64,000 nt of DNA from an uncultured Clostridia bacterium. GTDB lineage: Bacteria; Bacillota; Clostridia; Christensenellales; UBA1242. The stretch covers positions 4,871-68,870 of the forward strand of contig CALWEH010000010.1 in assembly GCA_944377145.1 (NCBI GenBank), given 5' to 3'. Made by a program: the position numbers and the translations under genes. The notes under the pieces are model-generated. The model searched no databases. It had not been told where the DNA came from and was given only the letters and a program-made list of their open reading frames with translations. Each line of letters begins with the position of its first letter. The stretch's first letter is position 1. This document shows, one piece after another, positions 1 through 10,800 of this stretch.

Positions 1-911
<911 letters not shown>

Positions 912-975
912 CATTAAAAGAGCTAAAGTAACTTATTAATATACTAAATATTGATAAAAAACTTTAGTTCTTTTA

Positions 976-1004
976 TTGCTAAATATAAAATAGTGTGTTA
1001 TTAT
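976..1004 (+). promoter_or_regulatory. Sigma-70-type promoter for tRNA-Ser
   Basis: TTGCTA (976-981), 17-nt spacer, TATTAT (999-1004), preceded by TGt as an extended -10. It lies about 30 nt upstream of the tRNA. Confidence 0.5.
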
Positions 1005-1033
1005 TAAAAGGCGAATTGTATTAGAAATTATAG

Positions 1034-1121
1034 GCAGAGATGTCAGAGTGGTTGAATGTGCCAGTCTCGAAAATTGGTAAGGTGCAAGCCTTCGGGGGTT
1101 CAAATCCCCCTCTCTGCGCCA
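1034..1121 (+). tRNA. tRNA-Ser (anticodon CGA), class II with long variable arm, CCA encoded
   Basis: Acceptor gcagaga pairs with tctctgc. The D-loop reads gagtggttgaa. Anticodon stem ccagt/attgg encloses loop ctCGAaa. The variable arm is 16 nt. The T-arm is ggggg-ttcaaat-ccccc, followed by discriminator g and cca. Confidence 0.9.
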
Positions 1122-1320
1122 AATAATTGTAAAAATAAATTAAATTTATAAAAATAAAAAAATAATTTTATTAATTATTTATAAAAAATAATTTTTATTT
1201 TAAAATTAATATTTATTTTATTAAAATATTTATTATTTTTGTTTAATATTTGTAAAAAATAATTATTTTTAAATAAATTTTATGTATAAAAAAAATAAAA
1301 GTTTTTAAGCTTTTATTTTT

Positions 1321-1902
1321 TTAATTTATTTTAGAAAATTCACAACCGCAAAATATTTGTCTATACAAATTCAATTCTTTGCTAATATTTACACTATTTA
1401 AATAACCATTTTCTTTTTTAAAATCTGCATATAAATATTTTATTGGATATGTTTGGGATAAATTATTTCCACACTCATTAATAAAGTTTGCATCTTTATG
1501 TGGACTTATAGATAGTGTGCTGGATATGTAATCGAATTTATTTGCTACAGCATATTCAAAACTTTTTTCTAATCTTAATTTAATACATTCATTACATCTT
1601 TTCCCACCTTCAACTTCTTTTTCCAAGTTTTTTGCAACATTTAAAAATTCATCATGGTTATATTCGCTAATTATAATAGGTAGATTAGTAAGTTTTGCAA
1701 ATTGTTCAGCTCGTAGTAAATATTCATCTTTAGTATAAATATTTGGATTATAATAAAACAAAGTGATATCAAAAAAATTTTTCAATACAGGTAAGACTCC
1801 AGATGTGCAAGGAGCACAACAAACATGAAGCAAAAGCTTTGGTTTGCCTGTTAAATTTGATAATTGTTCTTTCATCATTAAATTGTAATTTATTTTATTC
1901 AT
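1321..1902 (-). CDS. queH: Epoxyqueuosine reductase QueH (DUF208 family)
   Basis: 193 aa with the hallmark N-terminal LLLHVCCAPC motif plus conserved C-terminal Cys residues (CNECI, FCGCEFS), typical of QueH. Confidence 0.8.
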   Translation of the reverse strand: MNKINYNLMMKEQLSNLTGKPKLLLHVCCAPCTSGVLPVLKNFFDITLFYYNPNIYTKDEYLLRAEQFAKLTNLPIIISEYNHDEFLNVAKNLEKEVEGGKRCNECIKLRLEKSFEYAVANKFDYISSTLSISPHKDANFINECGNNLSQTYPIKYLYADFKKENGYLNSVNISKELNLYRQIFCGCEFSKIN

Positions 1903-1908
1903 AATTTT

Positions 1909-1937
1909 ATTATATATTAAAATAAATATTTAGTCAA
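1909..1937 (-). promoter_or_regulatory. Promoter placing the transcription start on the queH ATG (leaderless candidate)
   Basis: The minus strand reads TTGACT-17 nt-TATAAT-aaaatt-ATG. There is no Shine-Dalgarno upstream of the start. Confidence 0.5.
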
Positions 1938-1995
1938 TATTGAATAAAAAAATAAAGGAAATTCAATAAAAATAGCAAAAAATGAAATTTTACAA

Positions 1996-2030
1996 TAAAA
2001 AAAATGCAAATATTATTTATTTGCATTTTT
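1996..2030 (-). terminator. Intrinsic terminator downstream of asnS (hairpin flanked by A-run and T-run, so potentially bidirectional)
   Basis: Stem atgcaaata/tatttgcat (2004-2026) with loop ttatt. An A-run lies on the plus strand upstream, which is a T-run on the minus strand. Confidence 0.7.
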
Positions 2031-2036
2031 ATAGTT

Positions 2037-3422
2037 TTATCCTTGAATTGAGCCAACTGTTCTAGGGAATATCTCTACATCTCGAATATTTGAAATTCCT
2101 GTTAGATACATTACAAGGCGTTCAAATCCTAATCCATAACCTGAATGTATATTTGTTCCATAACGACGTGTATCAAGATACCATGAATAATCATCTATAT
2201 TTAAACCTAATTCATTCATTCGAGAAATTAATTTATCTAAACGTTCTTCACGTTGACTTCCTCCAATAAGTTCTCCAATTCCAGGAACAAGTAAATCTAC
2301 TGCAGCAACAGTTTTGCCATCATCATTTTGACGCATATAAAAAGCCTTTATATCTTTTGGATAATTTTTCAAAAATACAGGTTTTTTAAATACTTCTTCT
2401 GTTATATATCTTTCATGTTCACTTTGAAGATCAATTCCCCATTTAACAGGAAATTCGAAACGATCTTTAACTTTTTCAAGAATTGTAATTGCTTCTGAAT
2501 AATCAAGGCGAACAAAATCATTACTTATAATATTGTTTAATCTATCAATTAATCCGTTATCTATAAATTTATTTAGAAATTCAAGTTCATCTTTACATTC
2601 TTGCATTACATAAGAAATTACATATTTAATCATTTCTTCTTCATTGTCCATCAATTCGTTTATATCACAAAAACACATTTCTGGTTCCATCATCCAAAAT
2701 TCAGCTGCATGACGAGTGGTGTTTGAATTTTCAGCTCTAAATGTAGGTCCAAAAGTATAGGTTTTTCCAAATGCATGTGTAATAGTTTCTTCGTGAAGCT
2801 GTCCAGACACTGTAAGAGATACTTTTTTCTTAAAAAAGTCTTTATCATAATCTACTTTTCCACTAGTTGCAATTCTATCAAGGTCAAGTGTTGTTACTTG
2901 AAACATTTCTCCAGCGCCTTCACAATCATTTGCGGTAATTATTGGAGTGTGAACATATACAAAATTTCTTTCATTGAAAAATTTGTGTATTGCAAAAGCT
3001 GAAACAGATCTAATTCTAAATACAGCATTGAACAAATTTCCTCTAGCACGAATAGTAGGAATTGTTCTTAAAAATTCTATTGTATGACGCTTTTTTTGTA
3101 AAGGATAATCAGCGCTACATTCTCCTAAAATTTCAACAGTATTGGCATTAATTTCAAAAGGTTGTTGAGCATTAGGAGTTAAAATTAATTTCCCATCAAT
3201 TTTAAATGAAGAACCTACCATTTGCTTTATAATTTCATCATAATTTTCTATTTTTTCTCTCTCTACTACAATTTGAATGCTTTTAAAAGCTCCATCATTC
3301 AATTCTATAAAGGCTATATTTTTAGAATCTCTTATAGTTCTAGCCCACCCACAAACACAAATTGTTTTATTTTCAAAATCTTTAAAACTTTTATGCAAAT
3401 CTCTTATCTCAATTCTTTTCAT
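2037..3422 (-). CDS. asnS: Asparagine--tRNA ligase
   Basis: 461 aa class IIb aaRS with an N-terminal OB anticodon-binding domain. Class II motifs are present (FRAENSNTTRHAAEFWMMEPE, GYGLGFERLVMY) and the length is AsnRS-like. Confidence 0.9.
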   Translation of the reverse strand: MKRIEIRDLHKSFKDFENKTICVCGWARTIRDSKNIAFIELNDGAFKSIQIVVEREKIENYDEIIKQMVGSSFKIDGKLILTPNAQQPFEINANTVEILGECSADYPLQKKRHTIEFLRTIPTIRARGNLFNAVFRIRSVSAFAIHKFFNERNFVYVHTPIITANDCEGAGEMFQVTTLDLDRIATSGKVDYDKDFFKKKVSLTVSGQLHEETITHAFGKTYTFGPTFRAENSNTTRHAAEFWMMEPEMCFCDINELMDNEEEMIKYVISYVMQECKDELEFLNKFIDNGLIDRLNNIISNDFVRLDYSEAITILEKVKDRFEFPVKWGIDLQSEHERYITEEVFKKPVFLKNYPKDIKAFYMRQNDDGKTVAAVDLLVPGIGELIGGSQREERLDKLISRMNELGLNIDDYSWYLDTRRYGTNIHSGYGLGFERLVMYLTGISNIRDVEIFPRTVGSIQG

Positions 3423-3568
3423 AATATGCTCCTAAAAATAATAGAAAATATTATAAATCTTTCTTAATATTTTGTCAACTCTTTTAATTTGAAAAATAAA
3501 TAGTTGAAAATTTGCATTATTGACAAATATATCAAAATGTGATAATATAACATAGGATTAGGTGAACT

Positions 3569-4624
3569 ATGGATAATAATATCAAATTAACTGAAAATTC
3601 AACAACTGTAAATTCAAGTTATTCGTATGAAAATAATGAATCTTATGTTTCAATTATTACAGATATAGTTAAAGAAAAATTTAAATGTGCTAGCAATGTT
3701 AATATCACAGAAAGCATTGTGTCTAGATTTTTCTTTGACAAGTTGGTTGAGGATAATCATAAAGTTACTATTGACAGAATGTCAGCAATGGCTAAAAATA
3801 TGTATTTTAATAAAAACGAACAGGAATTAGAAGAATTGATAAATTATATATGTGATAAGAAGATTTCTGCAATAAATGAGAAATTAAATATTCATATTAG
3901 TGAATTGGGGCTTACAAAAGATGTTGTAAATAAATTAATGAGTGCAAAAATAGAAACTATTAAAGATATAGTGGCAAATAATAGTAAAGAGCTAAGTAAG
4001 CAAATATCATCTATCACAACTCGTAAACTTAATGAACAAATAAAATGTTTTGGGTATAAATTATTAACAAAAGAGGAAGAAAGTGCTTTAAAAAATTGTG
4101 GAATATATAATATAAAAATGGCTATGTGCTGTTCAGTGCAAGATTTAGAAAGATGTGGCGTGTATAAAAGTTTAATAAGACGATTATATAAATATAACTT
4201 TATAAATTCTATATATTCAAAAAATTCACCATTAATTAAGGAAATAAATGTTGAAAATATGGAAAAAAATAATAAGTTTAGAATTAATAGTGTGGTATTG
4301 AATAGTGATAGAATTTTATCTCAGTTATTAAATAAATCAAATTTACCTGATAATATGCCTCATGTAAAACTTAAAACAAATTTAGATATAAATAAAGAGC
4401 CAGATGTAGATTATTATATAAATATGATAAAGCAAAATGTATTTGATTTTCAATATATACCTACTCAAATTATAATTGATAATTATGAAAGAATAGGTGA
4501 TGCAATTATGAGGGCTGATTGTGATTTCTTTAGTAGAGAAAAGTGTTTAACAAAATTAAAAAGATTAAAAAATACTTATGATAGAAAGCTAGATTTAGAC
4601 ATTCAAGAGCTTAACATTAATTAA
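3569..4624 (+). CDS. Hypothetical protein with helix-hairpin-helix segments resembling the RNA polymerase alpha C-terminal domain
   Basis: 351-aa ORF with SD taggtga. The promoter is TTGACA-17-TAATAT with TGn. Residues about 107-165 (ISELGLTKDVVNKLMSAKIETIKDIV...RKLNEQIKCFGYKL) follow the alpha-CTD HhH pattern. No other family was recognised. Confidence 0.45.
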   Translation: MDNNIKLTENSTTVNSSYSYENNESYVSIITDIVKEKFKCASNVNITESIVSRFFFDKLVEDNHKVTIDRMSAMAKNMYFNKNEQELEELINYICDKKISAINEKLNIHISELGLTKDVVNKLMSAKIETIKDIVANNSKELSKQISSITTRKLNEQIKCFGYKLLTKEEESALKNCGIYNIKMAMCCSVQDLERCGVYKSLIRRLYKYNFINSIYSKNSPLIKEINVENMEKNNKFRINSVVLNSDRILSQLLNKSNLPDNMPHVKLKTNLDINKEPDVDYYINMIKQNVFDFQYIPTQIIIDNYERIGDAIMRADCDFFSREKCLTKLKRLKNTYDRKLDLDIQELNIN

Positions 4625-4757
4625 ATTGTAAATTTTACATATAATAAATTTAAGATTTATATTTTTTAGGTTTTACAAAAAAATATAAAATTCTACAAAA
4701 ATATTTGACATATTTAATTAAGCTTTGATATTATAATAATATGAAAGGAGATTGAAA

Positions 4758-4979
4758 ATGGCTGGTGGAAGATCATCTCAAAGAGCATATTTTGGTTTGA
4801 ATTGGGTGATTAGCATTATTTTAGCTATTTTGCCTACAAACGTTATATGCGGAATTATCACTAGAATTATGCGCCAAAATTGGTTGGGTTTAATTTTAAA
4901 TATAATCTTATTCCCAGTTTTTTGGATTATTGATTTAGTAACAATTATTGCATTCAAAGATTTAACTATATTAGCATAA
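4758..4979 (+). CDS. Small integral membrane protein (73 aa, two predicted TM helices)
   Basis: The ATG at 4758 lies 7 nt after SD aaaggag, so I prefer it to the track's TTG at 4752. There are two hydrophobic stretches, and a terminator follows. Confidence 0.6.
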   Translation: MAGGRSSQRAYFGLNWVISIILAILPTNVICGIITRIMRQNWLGLILNIILFPVFWIIDLVTIIAFKDLTILA

Positions 4980-4990
4980 TTCAAAATTGA

Positions 4991-5017
4991 AAAACTCTAT
5001 TTCGATAGAGTTTTTTT
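4991..5017 (+). terminator. Intrinsic terminator
   Basis: Stem aaaactctat/atagagtttt, loop ttcg, then a T-run. Confidence 0.8.
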
Positions 5018-5092
5018 ATTTGTGAATTTTATTACAGTTAATAATTGTTGACTTTTATTTTATAAAATATATAATTTAATTGGAGGTGTAAA

Positions 5093-5998
5093 ATGGATTT
5101 AGTGGTTATGGCAGCTGGCATGGGAAGTCGTTTTGGAGGGTTAAAGCAGGTGGCTCCTATTGATGAAGATAATAATTTTATATTAGATTATTCTATATAT
5201 GATGCTGTAAAAGCGGGGTTTGATAGAGTTATATTTATTATAAAAAAAGAGAATTATGAGTATTTTAAACAAACAATAGGTGAAAGATTAAAAAATGTTG
5301 TAAAAATAGAATTTGTGTTTCAAGATATAAATAATATACCTAAGAATGTTAAAATTCCTGCTAATAGAGTAAAGCCTTGGGGGACTGCACATGCAATATA
5401 TAGCTGTAAAGATGTAGTACAGGATAAATTCGCTGTTATAAATGCAGATGATTTTTATGGGTATGAATCGTTTAAAATTGTAGCGGATTTTTTAAAAAAT
5501 AGTAATAATAATGAATTTGTAAGTGCTGGATATTATGCTAAAAACACTTTGAGTAATAAAGGCAGTGTTAAACGTGGTGTTTTTTCATTAGATGGAGATA
5601 TTGCAAAATCTTTACAAGAATGTGAAATCGAATTAAGGAATGGAGAGCTGATGGCTACAATATTAGATCAAGATAATTGGCATAAAATTGATGAAAATAC
5701 ATTAGTGTCTATGCAAATGTTTGGATTTAATAGAAAATTGATTGATGAGATAATAAAAGAATATGAAATATTTTTCAGTCAGCCTGAATCAAAATTGGAA
5801 AAAAGTGAATTTTTATTGCCTGATGTAGTAAATAATATGATAAAGTCTAATGATATTATTTTAAAAGTCATTCCAACTCCTTCTAAATGGTTTGGTATAA
5901 CATATAAGGAAGATTTAGATGATTTTAAACAAGCTATTATTAATATGAAAAAGTCAAACAAATATCCTCAACACTTATATGTAAAGGAGAAATTATAA
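5093..5998 (+). CDS. Sugar-phosphate nucleotidyltransferase family protein
   Basis: 301 aa. The N-terminal signature VVMAAGMGSRFGGLKQ is the G-x-G-t-R-f loop of NTP_transferase enzymes. SD is ggaggtg. Confidence 0.7.
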   Translation: MDLVVMAAGMGSRFGGLKQVAPIDEDNNFILDYSIYDAVKAGFDRVIFIIKKENYEYFKQTIGERLKNVVKIEFVFQDINNIPKNVKIPANRVKPWGTAHAIYSCKDVVQDKFAVINADDFYGYESFKIVADFLKNSNNNEFVSAGYYAKNTLSNKGSVKRGVFSLDGDIAKSLQECEIELRNGELMATILDQDNWHKIDENTLVSMQMFGFNRKLIDEIIKEYEIFFSQPESKLEKSEFLLPDVVNNMIKSNDIILKVIPTPSKWFGITYKEDLDDFKQAIINMKKSNKYPQHLYVKEKL

Positions 5999-6001
5999 AA
6001 T

Positions 6002-7072
6002 ATGTATAACCTTGATGAAAAAGTGAAGGAAAGAGCATTTTTAGTGTATTTTGAGAATGAAGATTATGAGCTTATAGAAATGAGAGAGTTAATTCGTTCT
6101 GCCTCTTTAGAGTTTGTTGGAAGTGAATATGTAAATTTAAGAGAGGTTAATCCACATTCATATATAGGAAGTGGAAAAGTAGAAGAAATTGCAAGCAAAT
6201 TAAATATTGCAGAAGCAGATGTTGTAATTTTTGATGTATCGCTTACAGGCTCACAATTAAGAAATTTACAAAATGAATTAAATGTTAAAGTTATTGACAG
6301 AACTATGTTGATATTAGATATATTTGCTTCACGAGCAAAGTCTAATGAGGGTAAATTGCAAGTGGAATTAGCTCAACTTAAATACACATTACCTCGTCTT
6401 ACAGGAATATCTGGAACAGCAGGGCGTTTTGGTTCTGGAGGGGTAGGTATGCGTGGCCCTGGGGAAACAAAACTAGAATTGGACAGACGTAAAATTCAAG
6501 AAAATATTTCTAAAAAAGAAAAAGAATTAAAAGAAATGTCTATAAAACGCCAATTAACACGCAAACAACGCAAAAATAATGAAAATGTAGTTGTGTTAGT
6601 AGGATACAGTAATGCTGGTAAATCTACCATAATGAATGTTATTACAAAAGCTGGAACTTATGCAGACGATAAATTATTTGCTACTCTTGATGTTTTAACT
6701 AAAAGAGTTTGGGATGAAGGGGTAAGTTATGTGCTTTGTGATACTGTAGGATTTATATCAAATTTACCTCACGAACTTGTTAACGCTTTTTCTGCAACAT
6801 TGGAAGAATTAAGAGATGCTGATGTGTGTATAATAGTGCTAGATGCTAACGATAAAAATAAATATAAGCAACTTGAAATAGTTGAGGCAGAACTTGACAA
6901 ACAAAATGTTAACAAATCTAAATGTATTTTGGTGTATAATAAATGCGACTTATTAAATAAAATGGAGTTAAGTGTTCTTAAAGAGTTTGATTATGATAGT
7001 TGCAAAATTCAAGCAAAAAATAATATTGGAATTGATAAATTGAAGTCATTGATTAGAGAAAAATTAATCTAA
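6002..7072 (+). CDS. hflX: GTPase HflX
   Basis: 356 aa with an HflX N-terminal domain (GSGKVEEI). G1 is GYSNAGKST and G3 is DTVGF. It starts 3 nt after the upstream stop, so the two genes are probably co-transcribed. Confidence 0.85.
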   Translation: MYNLDEKVKERAFLVYFENEDYELIEMRELIRSASLEFVGSEYVNLREVNPHSYIGSGKVEEIASKLNIAEADVVIFDVSLTGSQLRNLQNELNVKVIDRTMLILDIFASRAKSNEGKLQVELAQLKYTLPRLTGISGTAGRFGSGGVGMRGPGETKLELDRRKIQENISKKEKELKEMSIKRQLTRKQRKNNENVVVLVGYSNAGKSTIMNVITKAGTYADDKLFATLDVLTKRVWDEGVSYVLCDTVGFISNLPHELVNAFSATLEELRDADVCIIVLDANDKNKYKQLEIVEAELDKQNVNKSKCILVYNKCDLLNKMELSVLKEFDYDSCKIQAKNNIGIDKLKSLIREKLI

Positions 7073-7098
7073 CATTAGCAAAATTAAAATATTTTTTA

Positions 7099-7132
7099 AA
7101 TAGGAATATTGATTAAAATATTCTTATTTTTT
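7099..7132 (+). terminator. Intrinsic terminator after hflX
   Basis: 11-bp stem ataggaatatt/aatattcttat, loop gattaa, then a T-run. Confidence 0.7.
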
Positions 7133-7335
7133 TAAATTATTTAAATTCTTCACACTTTTTTTGTTTTTACATACTATGGAGTATACGAAGGAGTTAGAAA
7201 AATACCAAAGATAAATTACATAACGATATAATTAATTTAAATTTAATTATATACAGCTAAATCCTATAGCATGGATTTTGGGAAAAATCTAAAATACTTC
7301 AAAAAAAAACGAAATAAACAATAGGAGGAAATTTT

Positions 7336-7545
7336 ATGTTTAACAAAATGTTTGGCGGTTGCGGATGTGGCAATGACTTTGATAAATGCGGAAGCGGATG
7401 CGGAAACGATTGTTGCTGGATAATTGTATTACTATTAATTCTTTGCAATTGTGGATGTAATATGGATCCTTGTTTCTTAATAATCATATTGTTAATATTA
7501 TGCGGTTGCGGTGGCGGAAAGAAAGATAACGGTTGCTGCTGCTAA
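7336..7545 (+). CDS. Tiny Cys/Gly-rich double-hydrophobic-segment protein (YjcZ-like 'tiny TM' style)
   Basis: 69 aa, of which 15 are Cys. There are two W/F-IIxLLLILC hydrophobic cores, each flanked by CGCG-type runs. It has a strong SD (aggagga) and its own terminator. Confidence 0.6.
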   Translation: MFNKMFGGCGCGNDFDKCGSGCGNDCCWIIVLLLILCNCGCNMDPCFLIIILLILCGCGGGKKDNGCCC

Positions 7546-7570
7546 TTGTAAATAAATTTAATTACATAAT

Positions 7571-7598
7571 AAAAAATGGGCAGACGCCCATTTTTTTT
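7571..7598 (+). terminator. Intrinsic terminator
   Basis: Stem atgggc/gcccat, loop agac, then 8 T. Confidence 0.85.
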
Positions 7599-7712
7599 AA
7601 GCATACAAATTATTTATATGGTTTTTATGATTAAATGTGAAGAAAATGTTAATAATTCAATTAATATATACCACAAATTTTGTTAAATTCCTAAAATTTT
7701 TACAAAAAAGTG

Positions 7713-7741
7713 TTGACACATCTAGCAAATTATGTTATACT
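7713..7741 (+). promoter_or_regulatory. Near-consensus promoter upstream of rpoB
   Basis: TTGACA (7713-7718), 17 nt, TATACT (7736-7741) with TGt as an extended -10. The leader to the rpoB ATG is about 105 nt. Confidence 0.65.
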
Positions 7742-7854
7742 GGACTAGTATGAATAATTATCTCAAAAACTGAGTGCAATATTCTTTGAATATATGATAT
7801 CATATTTTTTTGGGAAACACAACTGAATACAATAAATTTTTTAAGGAGTTATGA

Positions 7855-10800
7855 ATGAATTCTAACACACTCAACATTAAAATGGTGAATTATGGCAATA
7901 AGGCTAAAAGACAAACATTTGGTAAAATAAGAGTTCCTTATGAAATGCCACATTTGATGGATGTGCAAAAAGCATCTTTTCAAACTTTTCTTAAAGAAGG
8001 TATTTGGGAAGTGTTGAATGAATTTAATCCTATTGTAGACTACTCTAACAAAGCAGAGTTGTCTTTTTTGGATTATTCAATCGACTTCACTCCTAAATAT
8101 TCTTGGGCAGAGTGTAAACGCCGCCAATCTAGCTATACAGTAGCATTAAAAGTTAAAGTGCGCTTATTGGTAAAGGAAACGGGACAGGTTATGGAGCAAG
8201 AAGTATTCCTTGGCGATATTCCATATATGTCTGAAGATGGAGGATTTTTATGTAATGGAGTGGAAAGAGTTATTCTTAACCAATTAATAAAATCTCCTGG
8301 AATTGTATTTGATGGTGAAATGAATAAGTATGGTAAAATGGATTATACAGGCTCTATTGCACCATCTCATGGAATGTGGGTAACTACTGAACAAGTAAAT
8401 GGAGATAGCTTACGTGTAATAGTTGAACGTAAGTTTAAAATGTCTTTAGGTGTATTATTTAAATGTTTTGGTTATACCAACGAACAATTGTTGGAAATTT
8501 TTGGCAACCACCCATTTATAGTGAATACATTAAATAAAGAAACTCAATTAACTCAAGAAGATGCATTAATTGAATTTAGTCGCAGAACTCGTCCAGGAGA
8601 GATTCCAAGCCCTTCAAATACTATGGCATATATTAATGATAGATTTTTCAATCATCAACATTATAGTATGGGAAAAGTTGGTAGATATAAAACTAATAAA
8701 AAGCTTAGCCTTGCTAATCGTATAGTGGATCATATTAGCGCTGAAGATATTAAAATAGATAAAAAAGTGGTTGTATCAAAAGGCGAAGTTATAACTCGTG
8801 AACTTGCAAATAAAATTCAAAATGCTGGAATTAATAGTGTAAATATTATATATAATGATAAAATTATTAAAGTTGTTGGAAACAATCGTGTAGATTTAAC
8901 TGCTTATTTAGATTGTGATCCAAAACAATTTGGAATTAGTGGTTTAGTATATTATCCATTATTGCAAGAAATTTTAAAAGAAAATAAAACTAAAGAAGAA
9001 CAGCTTGAGGCTGTAAGAGCAAATGCAAGGGCTTTGGAAAATTATCAAATAACATTAGATGACATGCTTGCTACAGTAAGCTATCATTTAAATTTGATTG
9101 ATGGAATTGGAAGTTTAGATGAAAGAGACCACTTGGCAAATCGTCGTGTTGCAGGGTGTGGCGAATTATTAACTCAAGAGTTTAGAAAGGGTATGACAAA
9201 ACTTCAAGCTCAAGTTCGTGAGACTTTGCAAAGTAGAGATTTAACAGATATTACTCCTGCACAAGTGGTAAATGCAAGATATATTAACAAGGCTTTTAAA
9301 GAGTTTATGAGCACTTCTCAGCTTTCAGCTTTAATGGACCAAGTAAACCCTGTTTCAAGTTTAAGACACAAACGCCGTTTAAGTTCGTTTGGTCCTGGAG
9401 GGGTTAAAAAAGAACGTGCAACAGCTGAAGTCCGTGATATAAATCATTCTCATTATGGTCGTATTTGCGTGGTAGAAACTCCAGAAGGTCAGCCTATTGG
9501 TTTGATGACAAGTATTGCTAGTTATGCAAGAATTAATGAATATGGATTTTTGGAAACTCCTTATAGAAAAGTTGAAGCCAATGGAAAGGTTAGCGATAAA
9601 ATAGTATTTATGATGGCTGATGAAGATGTAAATGAATATATAGCTACAGCAAAAGAAGAATTAGATGAAAACGGCTGTTTAAAAAATGAACAAATCGTAT
9701 GTCGTCACAATGGTACAGTTGAATCAGTTAGCCGTGATAAAATTACTTATATAGATTTATCTCCAAGACAACTAATTTCTGTTGGAGCAAGTTTAATTCC
9801 ATTTATTGAACACTGTGCTGCAAACCGTGCATTGATGGGAACTAACATGCAATGTCAAGCAGTTCCTTTGATTAAAGCTGAATCTCCTGTTGTTGGAACA
9901 GGAATAGAACACAAATTAGCTAAAGATAGTGGAGCTATGATTTTAGCTGATGGAGATGGTACAGTTAGTTATGTTAGTGCTGATTACATTACAGTAGATT
10001 ATGATGATGGAAGAGTAGTAAATTATTATTTAAGAAAATTTGAAAGAACAAATGATAAAACATGCTTTAATCAAAAACCAATAGTAAAACATGGTGAAAG
10101 AGTTGCTTCTGGAGATGTATTGGCAGATGGAGCGTCTACTCAAAATGGAGAAATCGCTCTTGGTAAAAATATGACAGTAGCATTCATGAATTGGGAAGGA
10201 TACAATTTTGAAGATGCTATACTTGTAAATGAAAGAATAGTAAGAGAAGATGCGTTTACATCAATTTCAATTCAACAAGTTAAAACTGAAGCAAGAACTA
10301 CAAAGCTTGGAGATGAAGAGATTACTAGAGATATTGCTGGTGTAGGTGAAGAGGCTTTAAAGAATTTAGATGAAAATGGTATAGTTAGAATAGGTACTGA
10401 AGTTAAGGTTGGAGATATCTTGGTAGGAAAAGTTACTCCTAAAGGAGAAACTGATTTAACTCCAGAAGAAAGATTGCTAAAATCTATTTTTGGTGAAAAG
10501 ACAAAAGAGGTTAAAAATACATCATTAAAAGTTAAACATGGAGAAGCTGGTGTAGTTGTTGGCGTTGAAATTTTATCAAGAAAAAATAAAGATGAATTAG
10601 ATGCTGGCGTAAATACAATGGTTAAAGTGTATATTGCTCAAAAAAGAGTATTGCAACCAGGAGATAAATTAGCTGGACGTTATGGAAATAAAGGTGTAGT
10701 ATCAATAGTTCTTCCTGAGTGTGATATGCCATTTATGGCAAATGGGCAAACTGTGGATATTGTTCTTAACCCAATGGGAATTCCATCTCGTATGAATTTG

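Noticed and set aside
1122-1320. A roughly 200-bp tract that is about 97% A+T after tRNA-Ser, considered as a replication origin, CRISPR leader or degenerate repeat array
   Set aside because: It has no DnaA-box-like TTATCCACA motifs and no regularly spaced direct repeats, and it lies between two convergent gene ends. It is most simply an AT-rich terminator or spacer region.
3423-3568. T-box leaders upstream of asnS, lysS (25650-25833) and trpS (27373-27534)
   Set aside because: The spacers are only 146-184 nt including promoters. None shows the conserved T-box sequence, an AGAGA/GA-motif Stem I or a terminator/antiterminator pair.
7336-7545. Cys-rich 69-aa ORF as a RiPP (lanthipeptide, sactipeptide or ranthipeptide) precursor
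   Set aside because: No radical SAM enzyme, LanM/LanB-type dehydratase, cyclase, protease or ABC exporter lies nearby; the neighbours are hflX and rpoB. The two hydrophobic cores look like membrane segments rather than a leader and core peptide.
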